Positions 63,250-64,000 of a DNA stretch of 64,000 nt are shown here, one piece after another. Position 1 is the first letter of the stretch. Each line of letters opens with the position of its first letter. The notes under the pieces were generated by a model, which saw only the letters and a list, made by a program, of their open reading frames with translations, had not been told where the DNA came from and ran no database searches. A program made the position numbers and the translations under genes. The stretch comes from Tubulanus polymorphus (lineage: Eukaryota > Animalia > Nemertea), in contig NC_134028.1 of the NCBI RefSeq assembly GCF_964204645.1, positions 25,788,345-25,852,344 of the forward strand, read 5' to 3'.

Positions 63250-64000
63250 GTATGTATTCGTTGATTGTTTGTAAAATTTAAAAAAAAAGAATCGGAGAAG
63301 TTTGTTAAAATCATCGGCACATTTGTATCGTCTTGGTTTCACAGTTTTTGTTATATGCGGTCTAATTAAGGACACGGCGCAGGCGTTGGTGAAATATCCT
63401 AATTGGTTCAAATCTATATTGCATTAGTTAATTACTAAGATTTCTAATTAATTAAAACTGTTGATTTATTGTTTCACAATTTTGTTTCGTTCATTGCGGT
63501 TTAAATAATTAATTTCTATTCAAGTTCACGCAATTTTCATTAGGAAAAACCGTTCAGGATAAAACATCGGGTCGAAATGGTTTTTGAGTGATTTCTAATT
63601 TCAATTGAGGAACTTTATATCACGGTATATTCGATAATATGCAATGTGCATTACACGAGGATTTTCAACGCCAGACTGGCTGGTGGAAATAAAAAAACGA
63701 TGTTATGTGTGAAAACTTAACTGTCTACACAGAATAAGTCATATTCCCTTCAGGCTGTAAAACACACCGTCAGCATCATCCTCATCACTCCGTTATCCCA
63801 ACATCTTTTATTTTTTCTAGAATTGGTGCCTCTGCAAATACTTCGTATATATGTATTTCTGTGCACAACGGCGCCAGAAGCCAGCTGCAATTAGTTCGAT
63901 ATAGAAACTGACTATCCTTTCTCCAATGGGGATTATCTCAAAAATACATACTAATGCGTATATCTTGTTTGAACTCCTTTGTGTATACCGGGGGTATTGT

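Overview
AT-rich, intron-rich animal genomic DNA with short GT-AG introns; it looks like a compact invertebrate genome, but the species cannot be determined from sequence alone. The ORF track mostly shows exon fragments, so I assembled the genes by hand from splice sites. In order: (1) Bicaudal-C (+, 5' end outside the window); (2) an orphan ORF with a single coding exon (-); (3) USO1/p115 (-), containing a U12-type minor intron; (4) a Tequila/SVH-1-type modular serine protease (-); (5) a roughly 6.3-kb unit in three tandem copies (about 33.4-51.85 kb), each holding an intact SCPEP1-like serine carboxypeptidase with an apparent type II membrane anchor, a spliced ~69-aa single-TM microprotein gene and a decayed transposon-like relic; (6) a secreted VWD-C8-TIL-VWD protein with several furin sites (+); (7) a Ly6/uPAR-fold protein with a GPI-type signal and an N-terminal Thr/Ser repeat stalk (-); (8) the first coding exon of a claudin/PMP22-family gene (+). 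There are also many MITE-like inverted repeats and minisatellites. The best candidate for something undescribed is the co-amplified peptidase + microprotein cassette, but a functional link is only inference and an assembly artefact must be excluded first.
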